A stretch of DNA of 64,000 bases from an uncultured Planctomycetales bacterium (GCA_964464475.1 CAYXGG010000007.1:5305-69304); one strand, 5' to 3'; counted from the first letter of the stretch, positions 39,857 to 50,637 are shown. Numbers and translations are program-made. Notes: a model not told the origin generated them from the letters alone.

Positions 39857-40288
39857 TTAAACTGCTAAAACTACAGGTTTTTGAGCCTGGTGAGGATGTT
39901 GATCCCCAGCGTAAACTTTTAATTTTCTACGAATTCTGGAACCTAAGGCCCCTCGGGGTAGCATGCGATTGACGGCCAAAATTAACACTTCAGTGGGACG
40001 TTTGGCTAGCATGACCTCTAAACTAGTCACGCGGTGTCCACCCGGATACCCGGTATAACGCTGATATTCTTTCTGAACCATTTTCTTTCCGGTTACGCGG
40101 ACTTTGCTCGCGTTGATAATGATGACGGTATCTCCGGTATCCACATGGGGCGTAAAATGGGCTTTATGTTTACCACGAAGAAGCGCTGCGGCTTTGGTAG
40201 CAACCCGACCTAGAATTTTATCGTTAGCGTCGAGTAAATAACAATGGCGCGTGACTTCATCTTTTTTGGCATTATACGTCTTGTTCAT
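39857..40288 (-). CDS. rplM: 50S ribosomal protein L13
   Basis: LGRVAT, LRGKHK.FTPHVDTGD, MLP, HQAQKP. Start moved to MNKTY. Confidence 0.98.
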   Translation of the reverse strand: MNKTYNAKKDEVTRHCYLLDANDKILGRVATKAAALLRGKHKAHFTPHVDTGDTVIIINASKVRVTGKKMVQKEYQRYTGYPGGHRVTSLEVMLAKRPTEVLILAVNRMLPRGALGSRIRRKLKVYAGDQHPHQAQKPVVLAV

Positions 40289-40324
40289 TAAAATTCCTTT
40301 CAAAGCTTTCAAATTGATTTGAAA

Positions 40325-40352
40325 AATATAGCATCTATCTTTTTCTTGTCAA
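40325..40352 (-). promoter_or_regulatory. probable sigma70 promoter of rplM-rpsI
   Basis: TTGACA-16 nt-TATATT with extended -10 TG; overlaps the truA 3' end. Confidence 0.55.
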
Positions 40353-41132
40353 TCTTTTTTTCTTTGAGTATTTTGGGGGATATTTGACTTCCCAAAGGGT
40401 GAGTCCCCAAGCTGGGGCCGCTTTGAACGCGTTCAATTTTATGGTATGGGTTAGTGCGCGCTTAAGATCGGTTAAAGGAAGTCTGCCCTGCCCCACCTCT
40501 AGTAGCGCGCCTGTAATATTGCGTACCATGCGGTAGAGGAATCCGTCAGCCGTGATATCTAGAAAAATTAATTCGCCGCGTTTAGTAATTTTTAATTTTT
40601 TGATTGTACGAATGGTACCGCGGGATTTACCGGAACGAATACGGGCTGATTCAAGGCTAGTAAAGATTTGGAAGTCCTTTTTGCCGATGAGTATTTTGGC
40701 GGCTTTCCGCATTTGAGCCAAATTGAGGCTATAGGGAACATAAAACGTTGAATTGCGGTATTGAGGACTGCGAATGGCGCGGTTGAGGATGGTGTAACGA
40801 TAGGTTTTTTCTTGTGCCGAAAACTGAGCATGGAAATCCTCATTCATTTCTTGAGCGTCAATGATGGCGATATCGCGAGGTAAGTTGGCATTAATTGCGG
40901 ACTGGATTTCAGAGACCGTTTTGGCCGTATCTACTTTGAAATGAGCGACTTGACCGAGCGCGTGGACACCACTATCCGTCCGCCCAGATCCATGCAGGTG
41001 AATTTTCGTTTTGAAGATGCGTTGTAATATCTTTTCTACTTCGCCTTGAACAGTCCGCTGCGAAGATTCTTGGATTTGCCAACCATTAAACTGGCTGCCA
41101 TCATATTCAATGGTTAGTTTAATATTTCGCAT
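40335..41132 (-). CDS. truA: tRNA pseudouridine(38-40) synthase
   Basis: YDGSQFNGWQ, GRTDSGVHA, GFLYRMVRN. Confidence 0.97.
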   Translation of the reverse strand: MRNIKLTIEYDGSQFNGWQIQESSQRTVQGEVEKILQRIFKTKIHLHGSGRTDSGVHALGQVAHFKVDTAKTVSEIQSAINANLPRDIAIIDAQEMNEDFHAQFSAQEKTYRYTILNRAIRSPQYRNSTFYVPYSLNLAQMRKAAKILIGKKDFQIFTSLESARIRSGKSRGTIRTIKKLKITKRGELIFLDITADGFLYRMVRNITGALLEVGQGRLPLTDLKRALTHTIKLNAFKAAPAWGLTLWEVKYPPKYSKKKRLTRKR

Positions 41133-41147
41133 GGGATGGGATTAAAA

Positions 41148-41178
41148 GTCCCCCTCACTCCGAACGGGTCAGGGGGAC
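41148..41178 (-). terminator. hairpin terminator after asd
   Basis: GTCCCCCT...AGGGGGAC stem followed by TTTTAAT on the minus strand. Confidence 0.6.
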
Positions 41179-41186
41179 AAAATTGG

Positions 41187-42185
41187 CTAAACGAGAAGTT
41201 CTGCGATTTGGACGGCGTTAGTGGCGGCGCCTTTTCTTAAGTTATCGGCTACGACCCACAACCAGAGACCGTTTTTAACGGCAGGATCTCGGCGAATGCG
41301 TCCGACAAAGACATCATCTTTGCCGGCGCAGTCTTTGGGCATGGGATAAAGTTTAGTTTTCGGATCATCCATGACCGTAATGCCGGGAGATTTCGCCAAT
41401 AATTTGCGAACGGCTTCTGGAGAAATCGGTTGGGCTGTTTCAATATAGACAGCTTCGGAATGGCCCGTGAGAACCGGAACCCGTACGGTCGTGGCCGTTA
41501 CTTTAATTTTGGGGTCATGAAGGATTTTATGAGTTTCTTTAACAATCTTCCATTCCTCCGAGGTGTAATCATCTTCGGCAAATCCGCCAATGTGCGGAAA
41601 AATATTGAAGGCGATTCTTTGATCCATGTGTAAGGCGATCTTTTCGTCTGAGTTGGTGGCCCAGGCCTTATATTCTTTCTCAGTCTGAACCATGCCACCG
41701 CGTCCGCTCCCTGAGACCGCCTGATACGTGGAAACAATGACGCGTTTTAATCCAGCCCTCTTTTTGATGGGCGCTAAAGCGACAATCAATTGGATCGTTG
41801 AACAGTTAGGATTGGCAATGATACCTTTATGTTTTTTGGCATCGCCAGGATTAGCTTCGGGAACGACCAGCGGAACGTTTTTATCCATTCTAAAGTCCGC
41901 CCCGTTATCAATAACAACGGCCCCGGCTTTGATCGCGACCGGAGCGTACGTAACGGCCGCTCCTTTTTCACCTTCGGTTCCGGCAAATAAGGCGATGTCG
42001 ATATTCTTAAAAGAATCTGCAGAGAGTTCTTCAACATCGTAGAAATTACCATCTACTTGAATTTGGCGGGCACTTCGCGCAAAAACTTTAAGTTGGTTGA
42101 CCGGAAAATTACGTTGCTTTAAAACTCGTAGCATTTCTTCGCCAACCGCGCCTACCCCCACCACCGCGACATTAACTTTTTTCAT
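41187..42185 (-). CDS. asd: aspartate-semialdehyde dehydrogenase
   Basis: IANPNCST, YQAVSGSG, RVPVLTGHSE, DNLRKGAATNAVQIAE. Confidence 0.96.
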   Translation of the reverse strand: MKKVNVAVVGVGAVGEEMLRVLKQRNFPVNQLKVFARSARQIQVDGNFYDVEELSADSFKNIDIALFAGTEGEKGAAVTYAPVAIKAGAVVIDNGADFRMDKNVPLVVPEANPGDAKKHKGIIANPNCSTIQLIVALAPIKKRAGLKRVIVSTYQAVSGSGRGGMVQTEKEYKAWATNSDEKIALHMDQRIAFNIFPHIGGFAEDDYTSEEWKIVKETHKILHDPKIKVTATTVRVPVLTGHSEAVYIETAQPISPEAVRKLLAKSPGITVMDDPKTKLYPMPKDCAGKDDVFVGRIRRDPAVKNGLWLWVVADNLRKGAATNAVQIAELLV

Positions 42186-42228
42186 AGCCCAGTTCCCTCG
42201 TGTATTCGTTAGGAAATTTAACAGTGAA

Positions 42229-43281
42229 TTATAAATGCTTAACGACTAAGTCTCCGACTTCTGAGGTAGAGTATCCCATGTGGCCAGCCGCTAAGTCTTT
42301 TAGTTTATGCCGAACAATGGTGATGACCGATTGCTCCACCAGGTGGGCCGCTTTGGGTTGTCCTAATTGGTCGAGCATCATGCCCATTGCGCAAATCGCT
42401 GCTAAGGGGTTGATGATGTTGCGTCCCGTATATTTGGGGGCCGAGCCTCCGATGGGTTCAAACATGGATACGCCTTGCGGATTGATATTCCCTCCGGCCG
42501 CGATACCCATCCCTCCTTGAATCATGGCGCCCAGATCCGTGATAATGTCGCCAAACATGTTGTCCGTCACAATGACATCAAACCATTCGGGGTTTTTGAC
42601 AAACCACATGGTGGTGGCATCCACATGCGCGTAATCAGTCTTAACGTCCGGATAGTCCTTGGCGACTTCATGAAAAGTTCTTTCCCAGAGATCAAACGCG
42701 AACGTCAGGACGTTGGTCTTGCCGCAAAGGGTCAGTTTTTTTCTGGGCCGTTTTTGGGCTAATTCGAAGGCATAACGTAGGCAACGCTCGATTCCTTTTC
42801 GAGTGTTGTGTGATACTTGCAGCGCGACTTCGCGTTTAGTCCCTTTGTTTTTAAATTCGCCTAATCCTTTGTAGAGTCCTTCTGAATTTTCACGTACGAC
42901 GACAAAATCAATATCTTCTGGTTTTTTGTTTTTTATCGGGCAGTAGCGTTCGTCATAGAGTTTGACCGGACGCAAGTTGATATATTGATCAAGATCAAAT
43001 CGCAATTTAAGTAAAATGCCTTTTTCTAAAATGCCGGGTTTAACGTCCGGATGCCCGATGGCGCCAAGGTAAATGGCGTCAAATTTTTTAAGCTCTTTAA
43101 CCGCTGTTTTGGGGAGTACCTCTTTAGTACGCAAGTAGCGTTCTCCACCAAAGTCAAAAGAGTGTGTTTGGTATTTAAAGCCGCTTTTGCTGGCAACGGC
43201 TTGCAAAACTTTTAGTCCTTCCCGGATGACTTCCGGCCCTGTCCCGTCTCCCGGGATCACCGCAATTTTGTAAGATTTCAT
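42229..43281 (-). CDS. leuB: 3-isopropylmalate dehydrogenase
   Basis: [42 protein letters not shown]. Confidence 0.88.
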   Translation of the reverse strand: MKSYKIAVIPGDGTGPEVIREGLKVLQAVASKSGFKYQTHSFDFGGERYLRTKEVLPKTAVKELKKFDAIYLGAIGHPDVKPGILEKGILLKLRFDLDQYINLRPVKLYDERYCPIKNKKPEDIDFVVVRENSEGLYKGLGEFKNKGTKREVALQVSHNTRKGIERCLRYAFELAQKRPRKKLTLCGKTNVLTFAFDLWERTFHEVAKDYPDVKTDYAHVDATTMWFVKNPEWFDVIVTDNMFGDIITDLGAMIQGGMGIAAGGNINPQGVSMFEPIGGSAPKYTGRNIINPLAAICAMGMMLDQLGQPKAAHLVEQSVITIVRHKLKDLAAGHMGYSTSEVGDLVVKHL

Positions 43282-43390
43282 AAGTCCCCTTGTTAGTTAA
43301 AGAATGCTAACCCTCTCAAAGAAGGGCCAGTATATCATAAAATTAAAAAATTCTTTTCAAATTTTCTGAAGCGAAAGGAAACCGGATTTG

Positions 43391-44635
43391 CTATTCGCGA
43401 AATTTTTTGGCGATCAAGGTGGCGTTGTGCCCGCCAAAGCCTAAAGAATTAGACAGGGCGGCATTCACGGTAACTTTGCGCGAAGTGTTGGGCACATAAT
43501 CGAGGTCGCAGTCAGGATCCGGCGTTTCGTAATTGATGGTTGGAGGAATTAAGTCCTGTTGAATCGCCATCACGCAGGCGACTAATTCGACGCCTCCCGC
43601 GGCGCCTAGTAAATGGCCGGTCATGGATTTAGTTGAACTAACCGGGATTTTATAGGCTTGTTCGCCGAACACTTTTTTAATGGCCAAGGTTTCAATTTTG
43701 TCGTTAAGTTTGGTGGAAGTTCCGTGAGCGTTAATGTAAGAAATATCTCCCGGCGTGAGTTGGGCATCTTTAATGGCCAGCTCCATGGCACGCCTTGCGC
43801 CGAGTCCCTCTTCATGGGGGGCGGTAATATGGTAGGCGTCAGAAGTTCGCCCATAGCCGGCAAGCTCCGCCAAGATGGGAGCGCCGCGTTTTTGGGCGTG
43901 GTCTAAGGATTCTAGGATCACCACACCGGCCCCTTCGGCCATGACAAAACCGTCACGATTTAATTCAAACGGCCGGCTCGCTTTTTCGGGCGCGTCATTT
44001 CGTTCGGATAATGCTTTAAGCGCGCAAAATCCGCCTACGCCCAATAACGTCGTGGCGCTTTCTGTCCCCCCCGCAATCATCACATCGGCATCGCCATATT
44101 GAATGAAACGCATGGCATCCCCAATGGAATTATTGGCGGTTGCGCAGGCGGTCACAACACAGGTGGCTGGTCCGCGTGCCCCTGTCATGATAGAGATGTG
44201 CCCAGAGGCTTCATTAATAATAATGCGTGGAATGAAAAATGGAGAAATGCGGCTGGGTCCTTTCGTGATCAGTTTGTCGTATTCCTCTTCCATGGTGCGC
44301 ATACTGCCGATCCCGGAACCAACAATCACGCCAATACGGTCTAAATCTAAAGCATTGAAATCCAGTTTAGCTTGGGCGATGGCTTCCTTGGCGGCAACCA
44401 TCCCAAATTGAATGAATCGGGAAAGGTGACGGGCTTCTTTGGTAGAGAAATGATCCAGTTCGTTATAATCAATGACGTCGCCATTGATGCGGCAATCAAA
44501 TTTGCTGGCGTCAAAATGGGTAATCGGCCGAATCCCGCTTTTGCCATGAATCAAGGCGTCCCAAAATTTGGTGACCCCGGTACCTACGGGTGACACGACC
44601 CCCATTCCTGTGATGACTACACGACGTTTTTGCAT
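43391..44635 (-). CDS. fabF: 3-oxoacyl-ACP synthase II
   Basis: RRVVITG, TACAT (Cys), [23 protein letters not shown]. Confidence 0.96.
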   Translation of the reverse strand: MQKRRVVITGMGVVSPVGTGVTKFWDALIHGKSGIRPITHFDASKFDCRINGDVIDYNELDHFSTKEARHLSRFIQFGMVAAKEAIAQAKLDFNALDLDRIGVIVGSGIGSMRTMEEEYDKLITKGPSRISPFFIPRIIINEASGHISIMTGARGPATCVVTACATANNSIGDAMRFIQYGDADVMIAGGTESATTLLGVGGFCALKALSERNDAPEKASRPFELNRDGFVMAEGAGVVILESLDHAQKRGAPILAELAGYGRTSDAYHITAPHEEGLGARRAMELAIKDAQLTPGDISYINAHGTSTKLNDKIETLAIKKVFGEQAYKIPVSSTKSMTGHLLGAAGGVELVACVMAIQQDLIPPTINYETPDPDCDLDYVPNTSRKVTVNAALSNSLGFGGHNATLIAKKFRE

Positions 44636-44654
44636 ATGAGCTCTAATAACCAAT

Positions 44655-44679
44655 TTGCCTCGACTTTGGGTCGAGGCAA
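44655..44679 (-). terminator. hairpin downstream of acpP (terminator or stabiliser)
   Basis: TTGCCTCGAC-tttgg-GTCGAGGCAA, perfect 10-bp stem. Confidence 0.6.
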
Positions 44680-44710
44680 GTTAGTGTTGTTGGATTCAAG
44701 AGGAACGTAA

Positions 44711-44950
44711 TTATTTGTTGGCGCTCTTGGATTCGATATATTTGATGGCATCGCCTACAGTAGTCATCTTTTCGGCATCTTCATCCGGAATTTCCACATT
44801 GAATTCTTCTTCTAAAGCCATGATTAATTCAACGGTATCTAAGGAATCAGCGCCTAAATCATCGATAAACGACGCTTGCGGGGTGACTTCTTCGGCTTTT
44901 ACCCCGAGTTGCTCTGCGATGATTGATTTGATTTTTTCTTCGACTGCCAT
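44711..44950 (-). CDS. acpP: acyl carrier protein
   Basis: [20 protein letters not shown]. Confidence 0.98.
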   Translation of the reverse strand: MAVEEKIKSIIAEQLGVKAEEVTPQASFIDDLGADSLDTVELIMALEEEFNVEIPDEDAEKMTTVGDAIKYIESKSANK

Positions 44951-44985
44951 GAACGTTCCTCCTGTTTATTGACCTGATTGTGAAT

Positions 44986-45735
44986 TTAGATCGCCATTCC
45001 CCCGTCGACGACTAGCGTTTGCCCCGTGATGTAACTGGCGCTCTCCGATGCCAGAAACAAGCACGCTCCAGCGACATCTTGGGGAGATCCAAACCTTCCT
45101 AAGGGGATGGATTTTAAAATTTCTGCTTGGACTTGCTCTTTGAGTTGCGAGGTCATGTCGGTTTGAATATAACCCGGCGCCACGGCATTCGCGGTGATAC
45201 CCCTCGAGGCTAACTCTTTGGCCACGGATTTGGTGAATCCGATAATGCCGGCTTTACTAGCGGCATAATTGGCCTGTCCTGCGTTACCAGTGATTCCAAT
45301 GATCGAAGCAATGCTGATAATTCTGCCCTTTCGGGCTTTCAACATGACTTTAGCTACAATTTTGGTACAGATAAAAATACCTTTTAAATTGGTATCAATG
45401 ACCGCGTCCCAATCCGCTTCACTCATTCTTAAGAGTAAATTATCTTTGGTGACGCCTGCGTTGTTAACTAATATATCGAGGGCCTTATGTTTGTCAAGAA
45501 TTTTATTGATGATTTCTTCTACATTTTGTTGATTTGTCACGTCGCAGGCCATTCCTTCGGCCAATAAGCCCTGCGAACGGATGTCGGCCGCGGCTTGTTG
45601 TGCCTGGTCAGGATTACGCCCGGTTAAAATGACCTGAGCGCCTGCTTGAGCGAACGCACGGGCCACTTCTTTTCCGATGCCGCGGGTACCACCGGTGATT
45701 AAAACGACTTGGTTTTTAAAAGAGAAGTCGGACAT
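44986..45735 (-). CDS. fabG: 3-oxoacyl-ACP reductase
   Basis: TGGTRGIG, NNAGVTKD, GQANYAASK; fab context. Confidence 0.95.
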   Translation of the reverse strand: MSDFSFKNQVVLITGGTRGIGKEVARAFAQAGAQVILTGRNPDQAQQAAADIRSQGLLAEGMACDVTNQQNVEEIINKILDKHKALDILVNNAGVTKDNLLLRMSEADWDAVIDTNLKGIFICTKIVAKVMLKARKGRIISIASIIGITGNAGQANYAASKAGIIGFTKSVAKELASRGITANAVAPGYIQTDMTSQLKEQVQAEILKSIPLGRFGSPQDVAGACLFLASESASYITGQTLVVDGGMAI

Positions 45736-45836
45736 AAAGACAACACATGCTTTTGGGTTAGAAATTTGTGCAAAACTCGGGTTATGTTAGCAGTCTTCTT
45801 TATTATTTCAAGCCCAAAGATGATATTAATAGTGAG

Positions 45837-46202
45837 TTACTTTAATTCTTTTAGAAAATCTCGCAAAAATGCTCTGTTTTCGACATCGGGATGAATTACT
45901 TTCCCGTTCCAGACCAAAATATCCAGATCAATGACTCGAGGTCGATCGGGGTCACCGGGAAATTCGCCTAAATCCTTTTCTAAGGCTTTGAGCTTGGCTA
46001 GAAAGTTCTTGCGGTCCAGCTTGGTCTTTAGTAATACGGCCCCATTAAGGTAATCCGCTTGCTTCGGGGACCCAACCGCTGGAGTCATTTTAAAGCTACT
46101 CTCTTTAAGTACTTGAAAGTATCTTTTTAATTGCTCTCGAGCGACCGCGATATGGGTTTGGGGATTGACATTTGAGCCGAGTCCTACAATAACGGAATTC
46201 AT
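45837..46202 (-). CDS. short divergent FolK (HPPK) paralog
   Basis: GLGSN, YLNGAV, PRVIDLDIL; only 121 aa and loop-3 arginines are missing. Confidence 0.75.
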   Translation of the reverse strand: MNSVIVGLGSNVNPQTHIAVAREQLKRYFQVLKESSFKMTPAVGSPKQADYLNGAVLLKTKLDRKNFLAKLKALEKDLGEFPGDPDRPRVIDLDILVWNGKVIHPDVENRAFLRDFLKELK

Positions 46203-46204
46203 GA

Positions 46205-46660
46205 TCAGGCCTTTGTGTTGGTAAAATTGTCAGCAGTAAGCTTAAACCTAGCTTTTTTGCGTGAGTGAGCGTTGGACACTCTGTTGCTGTCTAACTGAGC
46301 AGAATAAAAATCACGAGTCCTGGAGATTTCAACGGCTGCCGATGTGGCTTTTTTCAGGGCTTGTGGTTTGTCTATCCTGATGGTGGCTTCTTGAACACGT
46401 ATATCTTGAAAAATTATGTCAAGCAAGTGAGCAATGAGCTTTTCCAGTAGCTGAAACCGGCTTTTTTCTGAGGCCGCCACGAGTTTTTGAGATAAGCGCC
46501 AATAATCCAGTGTATCAATGATTTTGTCAGACGCTTGGGCCTTGGTGGTGCACAGCTTAATGGTTGCTGTGATCAGGATATCTTGATGATAGGTGCGCTC
46601 TTTCTTGGTAATGCCGATGATGGCGCTGGCTTTTAGCTGATTAATGATGATTCTGTCCAT
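46205..46660 (-). CDS. dihydroneopterin aldolase / triphosphate epimerase (FolB/FolX T-fold)
   Basis: IIGI..KER..QDI, LDY, RFQLLEKL, IDKPQAL (FolX-like features). Confidence 0.82.
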   Translation of the reverse strand: MDRIIINQLKASAIIGITKKERTYHQDILITATIKLCTTKAQASDKIIDTLDYWRLSQKLVAASEKSRFQLLEKLIAHLLDIIFQDIRVQEATIRIDKPQALKKATSAAVEISRTRDFYSAQLDSNRVSNAHSRKKARFKLTADNFTNTKA

Positions 46661-46666
46661 GATTGG

Positions 46667-47413
46667 TTAAACCAGTTGTTCTCCGCCATCGTTAAATAGG
46701 AACTGACCCGTCAGAAAGTCGTTTTCGATTAAGAATTGAACCGAACGGGTAATGTGATCCACGTGGCCTTTCTTTTTTAAAGGAATATTTTTGGCCTGGC
46801 GATGGAGATACGCTTCTCCTACGTTTTTGCCGACTGGCGGTAAAATGAGCCCTGGGCAGACGCCATTAACTCGGATTGCCGGACCTAACGCTACCGCAGC
46901 CATTTTGGTAAACTCGGCTAAGGCTTTTTTGCTAAGCAAATAGGGAAAATGGGACGTTTTATTTTTAGTGATATCGGTATCTAGCAAATTAATAATCTGT
47001 CCCTGCTGGCAAATCTTAGCAAATTCGCACGTGAGCATGTAAGGAGCGTTCAGATTGATGCTAAAGTGTCGGTGAAATGATTTAAGTGCATCGCTGGAAA
47101 GGCCGGACGGTTCGAAAATTGAGGCGCTGTTCACTAAGAGATTCAGATCTGGAAACCGTTGATGGCTTTCTTTTACTAAGGTCAGAACATCATCTTCTTT
47201 CTCTAAATCGGCAGGAAATAGTTCGCAGCGGACTCCTCTTTGGATGATGCTTTCGGCGGTTGCTTCTGCTTCCGTTAGCGAATGGTTATAGTGCAGCGCT
47301 ATATTGAAGTTCAGTTCAGCCAGGCATAACGCGATGGCTTGTCCGATGCGTTTGGCGCCTCCCGTGACCAGCGCTGTTCCTTGCGTCTTTTTTTTAGTTT
47401 TTAAGGAGGTCAT
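46667..47413 (-). CDS. pteridine reductase-type SDR (FolM/PTR1-like)
   Basis: [37 protein letters not shown]; pterin gene context. Confidence 0.82.
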   Translation of the reverse strand: MTSLKTKKKTQGTALVTGGAKRIGQAIALCLAELNFNIALHYNHSLTEAEATAESIIQRGVRCELFPADLEKEDDVLTLVKESHQRFPDLNLLVNSASIFEPSGLSSDALKSFHRHFSINLNAPYMLTCEFAKICQQGQIINLLDTDITKNKTSHFPYLLSKKALAEFTKMAAVALGPAIRVNGVCPGLILPPVGKNVGEAYLHRQAKNIPLKKKGHVDHITRSVQFLIENDFLTGQFLFNDGGEQLV

Positions 47414-47961
47414 GGTTTGATCAGACTGAGAAATTCTGCCCGCGTTGAAATTTCTTTTCTAAACGATCCCAGCATATAGGACGTTTTCATCATGGAGTTT
47501 TGTTTTTCAACACCCCGCATCATCATGCATAAATGTTTGGCTTCAATGACGACCCCAACACCTTTCGCATCCAAGGCGTTCATCAAAGTGACGGCAATTT
47601 CTTTAGTTAAATTTTCTTGAACTTGCAGTCGCCGAGCGAAGACGTCTACGATGCGGGCGACTTTGGAGAGGCCGATGATTTTTCCATTTGGAATATAGCC
47701 TACGTGGCATTTGCCAAAGAAAGGCAGCAGGTGATGTTCGCACAGAGAATACAGTTCGATGTCCTTAACTACCACCATTTCGTCATCATCAGAGGAGAAA
47801 ATGGCGTTGTTAATGACTTGTTTGATGTCTTTTTGGTAGCCTCCAGTAATAAATTTTAGAGCTTGGGCCGCACGCTCGGGTGTTTTAGCCAGGCCTTCTC
47901 TCTTGGGATTTTCCCCAAGAGCAATTAAGATTTTTTTGTATTGTTCTGCGATATTAGTCAT
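47410..47961 (-). CDS. folE: GTP cyclohydrolase I
   Basis: [32 protein letters not shown]. Confidence 0.97.
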   Translation of the reverse strand: MTNIAEQYKKILIALGENPKREGLAKTPERAAQALKFITGGYQKDIKQVINNAIFSSDDDEMVVVKDIELYSLCEHHLLPFFGKCHVGYIPNGKIIGLSKVARIVDVFARRLQVQENLTKEIAVTLMNALDAKGVGVVIEAKHLCMMMRGVEKQNSMMKTSYMLGSFRKEISTRAEFLSLIKP

Positions 47962-47997
47962 GTGAGGGTCCTTGTTTGCCTTATATGAGTATGGCGA

Positions 47998-48026
47998 ATC
48001 TTAGCATAGTGCGGTGGGAGTGTCAA
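47998..48026 (-). promoter_or_regulatory. probable sigma70 promoter of the folE cluster
   Basis: TTGACA-17 nt-TAAGAT with extended TG; divergent TGcTATACT at 48055-48063 for hisK. Confidence 0.6.
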
Positions 48027-48093
48027 AAAATACTCCTCGAGAATTTTGGGTCTATGCTATACTGACTTTCTTAAAAAATAGGAAATAATATAA

Positions 48094-48909
48094 ATGCGAT
48101 CCCCAACCGTTGATTATCACCTGCATACTCCCCTCTGCGGTCACGCGACCGGAGAGCCCTGGGAATATGTTGAACAAGGCCTTAAGGTTGGTCTTGCTGA
48201 AATGGGTTTTTCAGATCACGCTCCCTTGCTTTCTCACCGAGATCCTACGATTACCATGGGTCGAGAACAATTGCCGGGCTATTTGCGTATGATTCAAGAT
48301 GTGCAAGCTCGGTATGCCAAGCAAATTCGGATCAAAATTGCTTTGGAAGCGGATTTTCTGCCTGGTTATGAAGAGCAAACGAAGGAATTGCTGGCAACCT
48401 TTGATTATGACTACATCATCGGATCCGTGCACTTTATTCGTCGCTGGGCTTTTGATGATCCGGCCGAACGAGATCGTTGGAATCAAGAAGATATTAATAA
48501 AGTGTATCGAACCTATTTTGACCTATTACGGCAAAGTGCCCGGTCTAAGTTATTTGATATTATGGGGCACGTGGATTTAGTTAAAAAATTTGGTCATCGC
48601 CCTACTGAAGACATGACCGGTGAAGTGAAAGAAACAGCAAAGGTCTTTAAACAATGCGGTGTCGCTGTTGAGATTAACACCTCAGGATTAAGGAAACCCG
48701 TTAGGGAGATGTATCCTGCCCCCGGGATGCTAAAAATATATCGTGAAGCTGGTGTCCCGCTGACCTTTGGTTCGGATGCGCATACCCCGCAGGATGTGGG
48801 TAAGGATTTTGATCAGGCGTTAGCCTTAGCCAGGGCGGCAGGCTACAGAGAACATTGTATTTTTACGCAAAGAAAGATTGAGCGCGTTGTCCAACTTGAT
48901 TTAGTTTGA
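48094..48909 (+). CDS. hisK: histidinol-phosphatase, PHP/HisJ family
   Basis: DYHLHT, SDHAP, GSVH, GHVDLVK, EINTSGLR, GSDAH. Confidence 0.85.
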   Translation: MRSPTVDYHLHTPLCGHATGEPWEYVEQGLKVGLAEMGFSDHAPLLSHRDPTITMGREQLPGYLRMIQDVQARYAKQIRIKIALEADFLPGYEEQTKELLATFDYDYIIGSVHFIRRWAFDDPAERDRWNQEDINKVYRTYFDLLRQSARSKLFDIMGHVDLVKKFGHRPTEDMTGEVKETAKVFKQCGVAVEINTSGLRKPVREMYPAPGMLKIYREAGVPLTFGSDAHTPQDVGKDFDQALALARAAGYREHCIFTQRKIERVVQLDLV

Positions 48910-48965
48910 AATTTTGAAGAAATTGAGTCTTGCGCTCAATTGGAACCAAATATGAGGATAAGGAA

Positions 48966-49427
48966 ATGATAAAAATTCAAGGCATTGATCACGTTGCGTT
49001 TAATGTGCGGGATTTGGATCAAGCGGTGAAGTTTTATACGGAAGTTATTGGTCTGCGAGTAACGCAGCGCGAGCCATCCAAACCGGGCATTGAGTACTTC
49101 TTGGATTGTGGGCCCTCTCTCCTCGGAATTATTCAGGCGAAGGATTTGAGCAATAATCATCCTTTTGAAAATGAAGGTCTGGGGGCCAATCATTTTTCTT
49201 TTCGTGTTCACGCTAGTGATTTTGACCCCATGATTGCCCAACTCGAGCGGCATCACGTGCGCATTGAGTTTGCCAAAAAACGCGAAAAAAGTTGGTCGTT
49301 ATATTTTTATGATTTAGACAATAATAAACTGGAAGTCACGGCTTGGCCTCGGGAAGACGGTTTGACCGAGCAAGAATTAGTTAAAGCGATTTATGATCCT
49401 AAAAAGAAAAGTTGGCAATCCTATTAA
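48966..49427 (+). CDS. VOC/glyoxalase family protein
   Basis: IDHVAFNVRDL..AVKFY, NHFSF, YFYDLDNNKLE. Confidence 0.85.
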   Translation: MIKIQGIDHVAFNVRDLDQAVKFYTEVIGLRVTQREPSKPGIEYFLDCGPSLLGIIQAKDLSNNHPFENEGLGANHFSFRVHASDFDPMIAQLERHHVRIEFAKKREKSWSLYFYDLDNNKLEVTAWPREDGLTEQELVKAIYDPKKKSWQSY

Positions 49428-49512
49428 TTTGATAATCGTAGTAGGACTGAGTCTCCCCCGCTTCAGTTAGGTGGGGGTACTTGTCCCGAACGCAGATATC
49501 ATCAAGGAGGAT

Positions 49513-49998
49513 ATGATGGCTCAGATCAAAGAAGGTGATTTAGCTCCAGATTTTACATTAGCTGCCAGCACGGGTAAGAACATTTCACTCAAAAATTATC
49601 GGGGTAAAAAGAACGTCGTTCTGTATTTTTATCCTAAAGACGATACTCCGGGTTGTACGGTGGAAGCTTGTAATTTTCGAGACGCTATCCAGCATATTGA
49701 AGATAAAGACACAGTCGTTTTAGGTGTCAGTCCAGACAGTGTTAGCAGCCATCAGAAGTTTATTGAAAAATTCAACCTTCCTTTTTTGCTGTTGAGTGAT
49801 CCGGAGAAGAGAATGCTGACCGACTACGGTGTTTGGGTAGAGAAATCCATGTATGGACGTAAATACATGGGAGTGGAACGAACTACGTTTATCATTAATA
49901 AAGATGGCAAAGTCAGTAAAGTTTTTAAGAAAGTCCAACCCAAAAGTCATCATGAAGAAGTTTTGGAGTCGCTAAGCTTATTGCTGGCCGCGAGCTAA
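49513..49998 (+). CDS. bcp: thioredoxin-dependent thiol peroxidase Bcp/PrxQ
   Basis: YFYPKDDTPGCTVEACNFRD, ERTTFII; AAGGAGG RBS. Confidence 0.95.
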   Translation: MMAQIKEGDLAPDFTLAASTGKNISLKNYRGKKNVVLYFYPKDDTPGCTVEACNFRDAIQHIEDKDTVVLGVSPDSVSSHQKFIEKFNLPFLLLSDPEKRMLTDYGVWVEKSMYGRKYMGVERTTFIINKDGKVSKVFKKVQPKSHHEEVLESLSLLLAAS

Positions 49999-50618
49999 GG
50001 CTGGATGATGATCTCTGCGTTAGGTCCGCTTTCAAAAACAGGATTAATGCCGTATTCTTTAGAGCGTGGACCAAGTAACGTGTCGACTCGATTGCGGATA
50101 ATATCTTGGTTAGGAATCCGATCTTGATTAGGGAACGCTAATGCGCGTAATCCATTATCGATTTCTACGATATTAGGGTTAAGCGTCGCGTTATTGGCGC
50201 TGGCGGTGGTAACAATATTAGGAAATTTAAGGACCGTGATATCGTTGGGCGTCGGTTTCCGACGACGAATCTTGAGCGCTTCGCGGGCAATGGCTTCGCG
50301 TAGTTTTCGTACTTCTTCCTCCCTCTTTTCGTTGTCCAATCGCTGATCATTGAGCATTGCTCTTAATTGAAAAGCTAGCCCTTGCATTTTAAAGGAAGCA
50401 AATTGATTGGGATAGTATTGTTCCATGAAGAAAAGTGCTTCCGGATTTTGATTGAGTTGTTCCCATGAATTTTTGAGTATTGCTTCGTCCGTTTGAACCA
50501 ACGCGGATAGATAGTTGTTGATGAGTGAGCGTTTATCTTCTTCAGTCAACGCCATGCTGGTGGGTAAAAGTAAGCAATTTATACTTAAGAATATTGAGAG
50601 TATACAAAGTTGTCGCAT
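49995..50618 (-). CDS. hypothetical exported protein with short Asn/Pro repeats
   Basis: Signal peptide, coiled coil, repeated xFPN/PN motifs. Confidence 0.65.
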   Translation of the reverse strand: MRQLCILSIFLSINCLLLPTSMALTEEDKRSLINNYLSALVQTDEAILKNSWEQLNQNPEALFFMEQYYPNQFASFKMQGLAFQLRAMLNDQRLDNEKREEEVRKLREAIAREALKIRRRKPTPNDITVLKFPNIVTTASANNATLNPNIVEIDNGLRALAFPNQDRIPNQDIIRNRVDTLLGPRSKEYGINPVFESGPNAEIIIQP

Positions 50619-50637
50619 AGAGCCCAAGTATAATGTG

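Noticed and set aside
1255-45532. Numerous 60-180 aa + strand ORFs antisense to housekeeping genes
   Set aside because: They fully overlap well-supported minus-strand genes and have no recognisable motifs.
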